Source: Macrostomum lignano (lineage: Eukaryota). Taken from it: a stretch of DNA of 64,000 nucleotides. The translations under genes were made by a program, and so were the position numbers. Shown piece by piece: positions 1 through 12,680 of the stretch (position 1 is the stretch's first letter; every line of letters starts with the position of its first letter). Location: positions 78,331 through 142,330 of the forward strand of contig NIVC01002766.1 of the NCBI GenBank assembly GCA_002269645.1, in the 5' to 3' direction. A model generated the notes under the pieces. The model was not told where the DNA came from and did no database searches. It worked only from the letters and a program-made list of their open reading frames with translations.

Positions 1-450
1 GATATGGCAAATTTGTTAACAAGCGTTTCGTTATATCGTTTAGCTACATTATGTAAGCGAACTGGTTCAGAGCTTTAAGAGCCTGACCTAGGAATACTTC
101 TACTATCTCACATATTATCTACTACCTACGAATCAAGATTGTAACTATTTTATATTAATTTGGACTTGCTGCACAGATTAGGACTTTCAGTGCAATTTGG
201 TCTGTTTGTGCAATTACGAGTATAGTTACTCGGGCTCCTTGTGCGATAGTGGCTCCTGATAGTGCGTGCGGCTTGGGAGTGCATGCCTTCTATTCCTGCA
301 GCAGGGAATGCATGATTTTGTTGCATAGCTGAATAATAGAATAGACAAATATAGATAAATTAATCATTAGTTTTTACTTCATTAGTCAAAGGCAAAGCAT
401 TCGAACTAAAAGCCTCTACCAAATGACATGAAGAGGATGACATTTAAATT

Positions 451-3400
451 TCAATTGAGCACTACAGCAGGGTCTGCGACCGCCTTCGAATTGCCTTCGG
501 CAGCAGCCGCGGCGGCCAAGCCGGCCCTGCGACTCATCTCCTCAATCGAGTAGGTGCTCGTCAGCTCGTTGTAGAGCTCATCCAGCCCAACTTCCTGGTC
601 AGTGGCTTCGCCTTGGCTCTCGCTGGAGTCACCTCTGCCCAATGAGTTTGCTTTCGATTTCGCTGCCGCCTTGGCTACCGCAACTGCGGTGGTGGCGACG
701 GCTGCACCGGCGGACGTCTTGCCGGCTTTCAGTGCGGTTCGACCCGGTGCAGCTGCGGCAGACGTTGTCGAGTTCGCAGCCATTGTCAGCGGAGTTAAGG
801 AGCGCCGCCTGGGTGGCTCCGGCTTTTGCTGCTGCTTGGGCGTCAGTCTGCCGGCTGGAGTCTGCCGACTAGCTGTCGGATTCGGCGTCCGGGCCTGTCG
901 GTTTGGCGACGTCCGACTGCTGCTGCCGCGGGCGTCGGTCTTGGACAGAGGCTTCAGTCGGTGTTGCTGCTGCTGCTGCTGCTGGCAACTGCTGGACCGG
1001 CGTCGTTTCACCAGCTTCTCGGCTGCCGGACTAAACAGAGCAACCTCGGGCGTTGTGCAGCCCTGCGCTCTGGCCCACTGCTCCGCCGTTCGACCGGTCC
1101 GTTCGTCAGTTTTAGACACAGATGCGTGGCCCTCGATGGCCAGCAGCGAAGCGCTTTCGGTGAAGCCGTTCTTAGCGGCAATCAGCATGGCTGTGAAGCC
1201 TTCCTTGTTCACGCGGTCAATGTCGAGACCGAGGCGTCGGAAACATTTGATTAGTATGCCGATGCCAGTGTCGTTGCCAACTCTGGCGCAGTGCATCAGG
1301 GGCGTGTTACCTGCGAATTAATGCATAAGAGAGGGATTGTTTTCATGTGGGAGCGGTGGTAAACCATCCAGGTAATTCAAGTGTGAGCTGTGGTAGAGCA
1401 TCCAGGTGATTCAAGTGTGAGCTGTGGTAAACCATCCAGGTGATTTAAGTGTGAGCTGGTGATTCAATTGTGAGCTATGGTAAACCATCCAGGTAATTCA
1501 AGTGTGAGCTCTGGTAGAGCATCCAGGTGATTCAAGTTTGAGCTGTGGTAGAGCATCCAGGTGATTCAAGTTTGAGCTGTGGTAGAGCATCCAGGTGATT
1601 CAAGTTTGAGCTGTGGTAGAGCATCCAGGTGATTCAAGTGTGAGCTGTGGTAGAGCATCCAGGTGATTCAAGTGTGAGCTGTGGTAGAGCATCCAGGTGA
1701 TTCAAGTGTGAGCTGTGGTAGAGCATCCAGGTGATTCAAGTGTGAGCTGTGGTAGAGCATCCAGGTGATTCAAGTGTGAGCTGTGGTAGAGCATCCAGGT
1801 GATTCAAGTGTGAGCGGTGGTAAACCATCCAGGTGATTCAATTGTGAGCTATGGTAAACCATCCAGGTGATTCAATTGTGAGCTATGGTAAACCATCCAG
1901 GTGATTCAAGTGTGAGCTGTGGTAGAGCATCCAGGTGATTCAATTGTGAGCTATGGTAAACCATCCAGGTGATTCAATTGTGAGCTATGGTAAACCATCC
2001 AGGTGATTCAATTGTGAGCTATGGTAAACCATCCAGGTGATTCAATTGTGAGCTATGGTAAACCATCCAGGTGATTCAATTGTGAGCTGTGGTAAACCAT
2101 CCAGGTGATTCAATTGTGAGCTGTGGTAAACCATCCAGGTAATTCAAGTGTGAGCTGTGGTAGAGCATCCAGGTGATTCAAGTGTGAGCTGTGGTAAACC
2201 ATCCAGGTGATTCAATTGTGAGCTATGGTAAACCATCCAGGTGATTCAATTGTGAGCTGTGGTAAACCATCCAGGTGATTCAATTGTGAGCTATGGTAAA
2301 CCATCCAGGTGATTCAATTGTGAGCTATGGTAAACCATCCAGGTGATTCAATTGTGAGCTATGGTAAACCATCCAGGTGATTCAATTGTGAGCTGTGGTA
2401 AACCATCCAGGTGATTCAATTGTGAGCTGTGGTAAACCATCCAGGTAATTCAAGTGTGAGCTCTGGTAGAGCATCCAGGTGATTCAAGTTTGAGCTGTGG
2501 TAGAGCATCCAGGTGATTCAAGTTTGAGCTGTGGTAGAGCATCCAGGTGATTCAAGTTTGAGCTGTGGTAGAGCATTCAGGTGATTCAAGTTTGAGCTGT
2601 GGTAGAGCATCCAGGTGATTCAAGTGTGAGCTGTGGTAGAGCATCCAGGTGATTCAAGTGTGAGCTGTGGTAGAGCATCCAGGTGATTCAAGTGTGAGCT
2701 GTGGTAGAGCATCCAGGTGATTCAAGTGTGAGCTGTGGTAGAGCATCCAGGTGATTCAAGTGTGAGCGGTGGTAAACCATCCAGGTGATTCAATTGTGAG
2801 CTATGGTAAACCATCCAGGTGATTCAATTGTGAGCTATGGTAAACCATCCAGGTAATTCAATTGTGAGCTATGGTAAACCATCCAGGTAATTCAATTGTG
2901 AGCTATGGTAAACCATCCAGGTGATTCAATTGTGAGCTATGGTAAACCATCCAGGTGATTTAAGTGTGAGATCTGGTAAATCATCCAGGTGATTTAAGTG
3001 TGAGCTGGTGATTCAAGTGTGAGCTGTGGTAAACGATCCATGTGATTCAAGTGTGAGCTGTGGTAGAGCAACTAACTCTAGACTCTAATTAGAAGTTGAA
3101 TACGTCTCTAGTCCAATGGAAACTTTTTCAAATGACAACAAAATTCTAGCTAAGGTGTCTTTAAAAGCACCCTATAAAAAAGCAATTCCATCGCAGTTAA
3201 TGACTCGGCTTCCGCTGCTAATTCCTAAGCTAGAGATGTCACATGACATTGCGTGCCAGGTGAATCCAATTTTTTAAGAGGAGCGCACCCGATTGCCTAT
3301 AGTTATTTGGGACAAGATCACGCATTTACTGACAAATCTCGTTGTAGAATACTGTCCGGCACTTTTTCAAATCAGCCGGATCGGTAGCCTCTCAATCAGC

Positions 3401-6400
3401 TGGATCGGTAGCCTCTCAATCAGCTGGATCGGTAGCCTCTCAATCAGCTGGATCGGTAGCCTCTCAATCAGCTGGATCGGTAGCCTCTCAATCAGCTGGA
3501 TCGGTAGCCTCTCAATCAGCTGGATCGGTAGCCTCTCAATCAGCTGGATCGGTAGCCTCTCCAATCAGCTGGATCGGTAGCCTCTCAATCAGCTGGATCG
3601 GTAGCCTCTCCAATCAGCTGGATCGGTAGCCTCTCCAATCAGCTAGATCGGTAGCCTCTCCAATCAGCTGGATCCGTAGCCTCTCCAATCAGCTGGATCG
3701 GTAGCCTCTCCAATCAGCTGGATCGGTAGCCTCTCCAATCAGCTAGATCGGTAGCCTCTCTAATCAGCTAGATTGGTAGCCTCTCCAATCAGCTGGATCG
3801 GTAGCCTCTCCAACCAGCTGGATCGGTAGCCTCTCCAACCAGCTGGATCGGTAGCCTCTCCAACCAGCTGGATCGGTAGCCTCTCCAATCAGCTGGATCG
3901 GTAGCCTCTCCAATCAGCTAGATCGGTAGCCTCTCCAATCAGCTAGATCGGTAGCCTCTCCAATCAGCTGGATCGGTAGCCTCTCCAATCAGCTAGATCG
4001 GTAGCCTCTCCAATCAGCTGGATCGGTAGCCTCTCCAATCAGCTGGATCGGTAGCCTCTCCAATCAGCTGGATCAGTAGCCTCTCCAATCAGCTGGATCG
4101 GTAGCCTTTCCAATCAGCTAGATCGGTAGCCTCTCCAATCAGCTAGATCGGTAGCCTCTCCAATCAGCTAGATCGGTAGCCTCTCCAATCAGCTAGATCG
4201 GTAGCCTCTCCAATCAGCTGGATCGGTAGCCTCTCCAATCAGCTGGATCGGTAGCCTCTCCAACCAGCTGGATCGGTAGCCTCTCCAACCAGCTGGATCG
4301 GTAGCCTCTCCAATCAGCTGGATCGGTAGCCTCTCCAATCAGCTGGATCGGTAGCCTCTCCAATCAGCTGGATCGGTAGCCTCTCCAATCAGCTGGATCG
4401 GTAGTCTCTCCAATCAGCTGGATCGGTAGCCTCTCCAATCAGCTAGATCGGTAGCCTCTCCAATCAGCTGGATCGATAGCCTCTCCAATCAGCTGGATCG
4501 GTAGCCTCTCCAATCAGCTGGATTGGTAGCCTCTCCAATCAGCTGGATCGATAGCCTCTCCAATCAGCTGGATTGGTAGCCTCTCCAATCAGCTGGATCG
4601 GTAGCCTCTCCAATCAGCTGGATCGATAGCCTCTCCAATCAGCTGGATCGGTAGCCTCTCCAATCAGCTGGATCGGTAGCCTCTCCAATCAGCTGGATCG
4701 ATAGCCTCTCCAATCAGCTGGATCGGTAGCCTCTCCAATCAGCTAGATCGGTAGCCTCTCCAATCAGCTGGATCGATAGCCTCTCCAATCAGCTGGATCG
4801 GTAGCCTCTCCAATCAGCTGGATTGGTAGCCTCTCCAATCAGCTGGATCGGTAGCCTCTCCAACCAGCTGGATCGGTAGCCTCTCCAACCAGCTGGATCG
4901 GTAGCCTCTCCAACCAGCTGGATCGGTAGCCTCTCCAATCAGCTAGATCGGTAGCCTCTCCAATCAGCTGGATCGGTAGCCTCTCCAATCAGCTGGATCG
5001 GTAGCCTCTCCAATCAGCTGGATCGGTAGCCTCTCCAATCAGCTGGATCGGTAGCCTCTCCAATCAGCTGGATCGGTAGCCTCTCCAATCAGCTGGATCG
5101 GTAGCCTCTCCAATCAGCTGGATTGGTAGCCTCTCCAATCAGCTGGATCGGTAGCCTCTCCAATCAGCTAGATCGGTAGCCTCTCCAATCAGCTAGATCG
5201 GTAGCCTCTCCAATCAGCTGGATCGATAGCCTCTCCAATCAGCTGGATCGGTAGCCTCTCCAATCAGCTGGATTGGTAGCCTCTCCAATCAGCTGGATCG
5301 ATAGCCTCTCCAATCAGCTGGATCGGTAGCCTCTCTAATCAGCTAGATCGGTAGCCTCTCCAATCAGCTGGATCGATAGCCTCTCCAATCAGCTGGATCG
5401 GTAGCCTTTCCAATCAGCTGGATCGGTAGCCTCTCCAATCAGCTGGATCGGTAGCCTCTCCAATCAGCTGGATCGGTAGCCTCTCCAATCAGCTGGATCG
5501 GTAGCCTCTCCAATCAGCTGGATCGGTAGCCTCTCCAATCAGCTGGATCGGTAGCCTCTCCAATCAGCTGGATCGGTAGCCTCTCCAATCAGCTGGATCG
5601 GTAGCCTCTCCAATCAGCTGGATCGGTAGCCTCTCCAATCAGCTGGATCGGTAGCCTCTCCAATTAGCTGGATCGGTAGCCTCTCCAATCAGCTGGATCG
5701 GTAGCCTCTCCAACCAGCTGGATCGGTAGCCTCTCAATCAGCTGGATCGGTAGCCTCTCCAATCAGCTGGATCGGTAGCCTCTCCAATCAGCTGGATCGG
5801 TAGCCTCTCCAATCAGCTGGATCGATAGCCTCTCCAATCAGCTGAATCGGTAGCCTCTCCAATCAGCTGGATCGGTAGCCTCTCCAATCAGCTGGATCGG
5901 TAGCCTCTCCAATCAGCTGGATCGGTAGCCTCTCCAATCAGCTGGATCGGTAGCCTCTCCAATCAGCTGGATCGGTAGCCTCTCCAATCAGCTAGATCGA
6001 TAGCCTCTCCAACCAGCTGGATCGGTAGCCTCTCTAATCAGCTGGATCGGTAGCCTCTCGAATCAGCTAGATCGGTAGCCTCTCCAATCAGCTGGATCGG
6101 TAGCCTCTCCAATCAGCTGGATCGGTAGCCTCTCGAATCAGCTGGATCGGTAGCCTCTCCAATCAGCTGGATCGATAGCCTCTCCAATCAGCTGGATCGG
6201 TAGCCTCTCCAATCAGCTGGATCGGTAGCCTCTCCAATCAGCTGGATCGATAGCCTCTCCAATCAGCTGGATCGGTAGCCTCTCCAATCAGCTGGATCGG
6301 TAGCCTCTCCAATCAGCTGGATCGATAGCCTCTCCAATCAGCTGGATCGGTAGACTCTCCAATCAGCTGGATCGGTAGCCTCTCCAATCAGCTGGATCGG

Positions 6401-9400
6401 TAGCCTCTCCAATCAGCTGGATCGGTAGCCTCTCCAATCAGCTAGATCGGTAGCCTCTCCAATCAGCTAGATCGATAGCCTCTCCAATCAGCTAGATCGG
6501 TAGCCTCTCCAATCAGCTGGATCGGTAGCCTCTCCAATCAGCTGGATCGGTAGCCTCTCCAATCAGCTAGATCGATAGCCAAATAACCAGACCAATACCA
6601 CCTCACCGTCCTTATCCGGCAGCTCCGGGTCCACATTGTGACGCACCAGCAGTCGCACAACATCATTATGCCGCATCTCGCAGGCGTAGCTCAGTGCCGT
6701 CCTCCCGGAGTCGTCCTGATAGTTTGGCTGAGCGCCGTACGCCAGCAGCATCTGCATAATTCTCTGGCGACACTTTTCCTCCTGTAGAAGTTTTTTTGAA
6801 GTTTCAGATGTTTAAGTGGCATTCAAGTGCTTCATTCCTTTTTAATTGTTTTATCAAACCCAGTTTATCCGGAAAACCCTGTTTACATGTACACAAATAT
6901 AGGGGCGCCAGCACCAGGGGCGCCAGCACCAGGGGCGCCAGCACCAGGGGCGCCAGCACCAGGGGCGCCAGCACCAGGGGCGCCAGCACCAGGGGCGCCA
7001 GCACCAGGGGCGCCAGCACCAGGGGCGCCAGCACCAGGGGCGCCAGCACCAGGGGCGCCAGCACCAGGGGCGCCAGCACCAGGGGCGCCAGCACCAGGGG
7101 CGCCAGCACCAGGGGCGCCAGCACCTGGGGCGCCAGCACCAGGGGCGCCAGCACCAGGGGCGCCAGCACCAGGGGCGCCAGCACCAGGGGCGCCAGCACC
7201 AGGGGCGCCAGCACCAGGGGCGCCAGCACCAGGGGCGCCAGCACCAGGGCGCCAGCACCAGGGGCGCCAGCACCAGGGGCGCCAGCACCAGGGGCGCCAG
7301 CACCAGGGGCGCCAGCACCAGGGGCGCCAGCACCAGGGGCGCCAGAACCAAGGGCGCCAGCACCAGGGGCGCCAGCACCAAGGGCGCCAGCACCTGGGGG
7401 GCCAAAGCCACTGCAAAGGGCGCACTAAAGCTAGTCAGCGCCAGGTGAAGGGAACAGTGAGTTTTTCGAATCAATTTTTGTAATAGTTCAAGTGTCCTTG
7501 ATAAGTCAAACAGTAATAAATTGACACCTTTGAGCAGTATACTCAAGCCGGGTGAAAATTCAAAGTTTAACTTTGACTTGCCTATCACAATAGCAATTGA
7601 AATTGTCAATGTCGAGATTTACATGTAGAAATCGTTGATAAAATCAATTAAGGCAGAGGCGAAACTGCAGGTAGATGCTGACTGACACATTCATCAACCC
7701 TTTCTGCACTACGAGAGCGTATTAGGAGTTCACAGAGAGCTTCTTAGCTGATCACCTGTGACAGGTGTGGTGAGGGAGAGGAACTAAAGTACACGTTGAC
7801 AGGAGATTTTTACAAAAAATCGAGAGAAAAATCTGAGATGAAGAAACCGCGTCAGCTGAGCAGGATGACACGGGGCTCACGGATGCTACAGGCTTAATGA
7901 GCGACAGGCAGGTGAACTCCTGGTCAGCTTATACAGTTGCACTCTTGCCTGCAAGCAACAGTATAGGCTGATCCGTTCGACTCAAATTGCTTGTTTTTCG
8001 TGGCCTATCATTTTTCTGCTGGCAATTTTTTGTTCAATTTCTTGAGCAAGTGAGGATAAGATATGAAAAAGGAGGGGAAGATAGGAGAAAGAAGAGAGGA
8101 TGGGGGAGAAGGAAGTGGAGGGGAGATGAGGGGGATCGAGAGGGAGATGAGGGGGATCGAGAGGGAGATGAGGGGGATCGAGAGGGAGATGAGGGGGATC
8201 GAGAGGGAGATGAGGGGGATCGAGAGGGAGATGAGGGGGATCGAGAGGGAGATGAGGGGGGTCGAGAGGGAGATGAGGGGGATCGAGAGGGAGATGAGGG
8301 GGATCGAGAGGGAGATGAGGGGGATCGAGAGGGAGATGAGGGGGATCGAGAGGGAGATGAGGGGGATCGAGAGGGAGATGAGGGGGATCGAGAGGGAGAT
8401 GAGGGGGATCGAGAGGGAGATGAGGGGGATCGAGAGGGAGATGAGGGGGATCGAGAGGGAGATGAGGGGGATCGAGAGGGAGATGAGGGGGATCGAGAGG
8501 GAGATGAGGGGGATCGAGAGGGAGATGAGGGGGATCGAGAGGGAGATGAGGGGGATCGAGAGGGAGATGAGGGGGATCGAGAGGGAGATGAGGGGGATCG
8601 AGAGGGAGATGAGGGGGATCGAGAGGGAGATGAGGGGGATCGAGAGGGAGATGAGGGGGATCGAGAGGGAGATGAGGGGGATCGAGAGGGAGATGAGGGG
8701 GATCGAGAGGGAGATGAGGGGGATCGAGAGGGAGATGAGGGAGATCGAGAGGGAGATGAGGGGGATCGAGAGGGAGATGAGGGGGATCGAGAGGGAGATG
8801 AGGGGGATCGAGAGGGAGATGAGGGGGATCGAGAGGGAGATGAGGGGGATCGAGAGGGAGATGAGGGGGATCGAGAGGGAGATGAGGGGGATCGAGAGGG
8901 AGATGAGGGGGATCGAGAGGGAGATGAGGGGGATCGAGAGGGAGATGAGGGGGGTCGAGAGGGAGATGAGGGGGATCGAGAGGGAGATGAGGGGGATCGA
9001 GAGGGAGATGAGGGGGATCGAGAGGGAGATGAGGGGATCGAGAGGGAGATGAGGGGGATCGAGAGGGAGATGAGGGGGATCGAGAGGGAGATGAGGGGAT
9101 CGAGAGGGAGATGAGGGGGATCGAGAGGGAGATGAGGGGATCGAGAGGAAGATGAGGGGGATCGAGAGGGAGATGAGGGGGATCGAGAGGGAGATGAGGG
9201 GGATCGAGAGGGAGATGAGGGGGATCGAGAGGGAGATGAGGGGGATCGAGAGGGAGATGAGGGGGATCGAGAGGGAGATGAGGGGGATCGAGAGGGAGAT
9301 GAGGGGGATCGAGAGGGAAATGAGGGGACAGGGAAAGGATGGGGAGAGGAGGGAGAGGAGAGGGAGAAGGGAGAGGAGGGGAGAAGGGAGAGGAGAGTTC

Positions 9401-10598
9401 AGATGGGAAAGGGAGAAGAGAAGAGGATCGGAGAAGTGGGGAGAAGAGGAACTGGGAGAAATGTCAGGTACATGGAAAAGATTGAGATGGGCAAACTACA
9501 AGCGTGCATATGGGATGAAGCAAGCGTCAGACTGTGCATGGATTATGCACACAAAGCATCTGCAGCAGGCTGCATAGACTGAGTAAACCCTCCGCATTCC
9601 GGATAAAGAAATGCAAATAAAAAGAGCTGTATGATGAGACAGGGTCAGGAACTGCGGCAAAGGCATGGCGGGTTAGTGGGAGAAACCAGCTGAGAACATC
9701 GGGACATGCAAGACAAGGCTAAACGCAATCAGAGAACATGGAAGCCACTTGTAGCGCATTGCAATCAGATTATGCTTGTGGCTATAGATGCAGGACAGCC
9801 TGCAACAGTGCAGTATACTCGTATAATCCACCAAGGGGCGCCAGCACCAAGGGGCGCCAGCACCAAGGGGCGCCAGCACCAAGGGGCGCCAGCACCAAGG
9901 GGCGCCAGCACCAAGGGGCGCCAGCACCAAGGGGCGCCAGCACCAAGGGGCGCCAGCACCAAGGGGCGCCAGCACCAAGGGGCGCCAGCACCAAGGGGCG
10001 CCAGCACCAAGGGGCGCCAGCACCAAGGGGCGCCAGCACCAAGGGGCGCCAGCACCAAGGGGCGCCAGCACCAAGGGGCGCCAGCACCAAGGGGCGCCAG
10101 CACCAAGGGGCGCCAGCACCAAGGGGCGCCAGCACCAAGGGGCGCCAGCACAAAGGGGCGCCAGCACCAAGGGGCGCCAGCACAAAGGGGCGCCAGCACA
10201 AAGGGGCGCCAGCACCAAGGGGCGCGAGCACCAAGCGGCGCCAGCATAATCCCAATGGAAACACTTACAGCCCTTAATTGCAGCATAGGTTATGGAGCCA
10301 CCACAATCCGGAATGCAATGCTTGCGCTCACCGTAATATACACAGCTCTAATTAGCGGCGTTTTGCCTTTGAAATCGCGAAAATTTGTTGCCAACCCGAC
10401 GTCGCCTTCGCAAGCTTCCAATATAAATTTGGCCAGGTGGCTTTTGTTGCGATTAACCGCATCAAGGAGCGCATTGGCCGCTGTCTCCATGCCGGGCTGG
10501 TCGCGGGCGGTCTTTGCAGCCGAGCTCTGCATCTGTTGCTGGGGCAGAGCTGAAACTTTACCAGCCTTCATCTGGCTCTGAGGATAGGAGCGGTTCAT
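451..10598 (-). CDS. ANKRD63: Ankyrin repeat domain protein, ANKRD63-like; 3 exons: 10332-10598, 6607-6781, 451-1310
   Basis: Three ORF pieces join in frame at GT/AG sites (ACG|GTGAGC...TACAG|GAG; GAC G|GTGAGG...GCAG|GT AAC). The product contains ankyrin motifs [27 protein letters not shown] and GFTAMLIAA. The segment [15 protein letters not shown] resembles ANKRD63 FRRLGLRLDRTNRAG (recalled). The tail is low complexity. Confidence 0.8.
1351..3068. repeat. 34-bp minisatellite (GTGAGCTGTGGTAGAGCATCCAGGTGATTCAAGT), ~50 copies, ANKRD63 intron 2
   Basis: 34-nt periodicity read directly; two alternating variant classes (TAGAGC/TAAACC, AAGT/AATT). Confidence 0.97.
3369..6580. repeat. 25-bp minisatellite (AATCAGCTGGATCGGTAGCCTCTCC), ~128 copies; the first ~9 units are 24 bp
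   Basis: Direct periodicity; fills most of ANKRD63 intron 2. Confidence 0.98.
6901..7400. repeat. 15-bp GC-rich minisatellite (AGGGGCGCCAGCACC), ~33 copies
   Basis: Direct periodicity; lies ~120 nt from the acceptor end of ANKRD63 intron 1. Confidence 0.97.
8119..9320. repeat. 21-bp purine-rich minisatellite (GAGGGGGATCGAGAGGGAGAT), ~57 copies
   Basis: Direct periodicity; centre of ANKRD63 intron 1. Confidence 0.97.
9829..10247. repeat. 16-bp minisatellite (AAGGGGCGCCAGCACC), ~26 copies
   Basis: One-base variant of the 6901-7400 unit; lies ~85 nt from the donor end of intron 1. Confidence 0.97.
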
Positions 10599-10844
10599 CC
10601 TTGAGAATCCAGGTATTTACCTCTCTATTGTAAACGCTCTGGGGAGAGGCGATCGCGGAACTTTAAACCGTATTTTCTGTTCAATAAGCATATTTCGCTG
10701 TTTCTGCTCTCAGGTGCAGAGCCAATCGGGCATCAGATGGGAAGCAGTCGGAACTTCTCTGGGAACTTTCTAGCCAAGAAGTCCAGAAACCAGAACCTGG
10801 ACTAGCGCATCAACTGATTTTATACAAATGGGTTATGAAAAAGA

Positions 10845-11060
10845 GTCGGCCTGTTCAGTCCAAGGACTGGGGGGGGGGGTCGCCACATATGCTCAATAAC
10901 CCCCAGCTAATGCTGACCTCCATTGTACAGCTGGGTAACTGAAGCAATGCAGAGTTAGGCGTCTTGCTCAAGGACACAAATTGTTCCGATCGTGAGTCGT
11001 GAATCGAACCCACGACCTTCAAGTCACGAGTCCGACGCTCTGACCACTAAGGGTTCAACC
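10845..11060 (-). mobile_element. tRNA-derived SINE with CORE-like domain, copy 1
   Basis: The minus strand reads A-box-like TAGTGGTCAGAGC, B box GGTTCGATTC, then TGTGTCCTTGAGCAAGACGCCTAACTCTGCATTGCTTCAGTTACCCAGCTGTACAATGG (CORE-like). A related copy lies at 12490-12680. Confidence 0.75.
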
Positions 11061-11479
11061 CCGTGTAAATCCATGGTCTGGCTGTCGGGTCTCCTTGACT
11101 ACATGTAGACTGACTGCATGCATGGCCCAACCCCGGAGAGAAAGATTTCTTTGATGTGTTCACTTCAGCCTCGATCTAATTGGCAATTAACTTACAGTCG
11201 AAAAATTGCGTGCGCGTTTTTAATGATCGAACTGGAGCAAAATTACACTTCCTAAAAAGTTAATTCTAAATCTTAGGATTATTAGTGCTGAACTTTTTAA
11301 ATGCTGCTACGAGAGGGAGGTTTGCTTTCAATGGTTCAACATTTTTTTATTACGTAACGGTGCATGCAAACGTGGTTTAGATGCTAGACAGATAACACAG
11401 TAAAATAGACAAGCCCACTTGGTCGCAGTACAGAAGAAACTCAAAGAGTAGCTTCTCAAGGGCGATGGTAGGTTCTCAG

Positions 11480-12278
11480 GGTGCCACGGTAGATTCTTAA
11501 GGAGCCACACAGTAGATTCTTAAGGTGCCACGGTAGATTCTTTAAGGAGCTACGGTAGATTCTTAAGGAGCCACAGTAGATTCTTAAGGAGCCACAGTAG
11601 ATTCTTAAGGAGCCACAGTAGATTCTTAAGGAGCCACAGTAGATTCTTAAGGAGCCACGGTAGATTCTTAAGGAGCTACGGTAGATTCTTAAGGAGCCAC
11701 AGTAGATTCTTAAAGAGCTACGGTAGATTCCCAAGGAGCCACAGTAGATTCTTAAGGAGCTATGGTAGATTTCCAAGGAGCCACAGTAGATTCTTAAGGA
11801 GCCACAGTAGATTCTTAAGGAGCTACGGTAGATTTCCAAGGAACCACAGTAGATTCTTAAAGAGCTACGGTAGATTCCCAAGGAGCCACAGTAGATTCTT
11901 AAGGAGCTACGGTAGATTTCCAAGGAGCCACAGTAGATTCTTAAGGAGCTACGGTAGATTTCCAAGGAGCCACAGTAGATGCTTAAGGAGCTACGGTAGA
12001 TTTCCAAGGAGCCACAGTAGATTCTTAAGGAGCTACGGTAGATTCCCAAGGAGCCACAGTAGATTCTTAAGGAGCTACGGTAGATTTCCAAGGAGCCACA
12101 GTAGATTCTTAAGGAGCTACGGTAGATTTCCAAGGAGCCACAGTAGATTCTTAAGGAGCTACGGTAGATTTCCAAGGAGCCACAGTAGATTCTTAAGGAG
12201 CTACGGTAGATTTCCAAGGAGCCACAGTAGATTCTTAAGGAGCTACGGTAGATTTCCAAGGAGCCACGGTAGATTCCA
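11480..12278. repeat. 21/22-bp minisatellite (GTAGATTCTTAAGGAGCCACA / GTAGATTTCCAAGGAGCCACA), partly a ~43-bp dimer
   Basis: Direct periodicity with alternating variants; intergenic, between the two SINE copies. Confidence 0.95.
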
Positions 12279-12489
12279 GAGCGTAGTTCCTTTTAGTTTT
12301 TAGATGTATGTTGAATATGCAGTTTTATTTTTCAGTGCAAAATGCAGTGCAGTGCATATGCAGTGCAAAATTTAATAGCCATGATTTCAATAAGAATTAT
12401 TTTTCGTCTCGATCGCCTTGCACACGCAATAATAATTGAATAATTTAGTACAGCTGCCTTATTGAGCGCGGCGCATCTGAAGGCTGCGT

Positions 12490-12680
12490 ACGGCTGTTCA
12501 GTCCAAGGACTGGGGGTCGCTACACACCCTCAATTAATTACCCCAGCTAATGCTGGCACCCATTTTACAGCTGGGTGAACTGAAGCAATGCATGGAGTTG
12601 ATTGTCCGAGTGAGACGGGAATCGAACCCCCGACCTTTCAGTGGTGAGTCAGACGCTCCGATCACTAAAAGCTACAAACC
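12490..12680 (-). mobile_element. tRNA-derived SINE, copy 2 (internally shortened)
   Basis: Shares GTTCAGTCCAAGGACTGGGGG, CCCCAGCTAATGCTG, ACAGCTGGGT.AACTGAAGCAATGCA and GAATCGAACCC with copy 1. Confidence 0.72.

Noticed and set aside
602-1321. Antisense ORFs overlapping GC-rich exons (also at 33807, 42287, 56634 and others)
   Set aside because: Shadow ORFs of stop-poor GC-rich coding sequence.
10990-11060. tRNA gene
   Set aside because: Has A/B boxes but continues into a CORE-like body and has a diverged second copy; interpreted as a SINE head.
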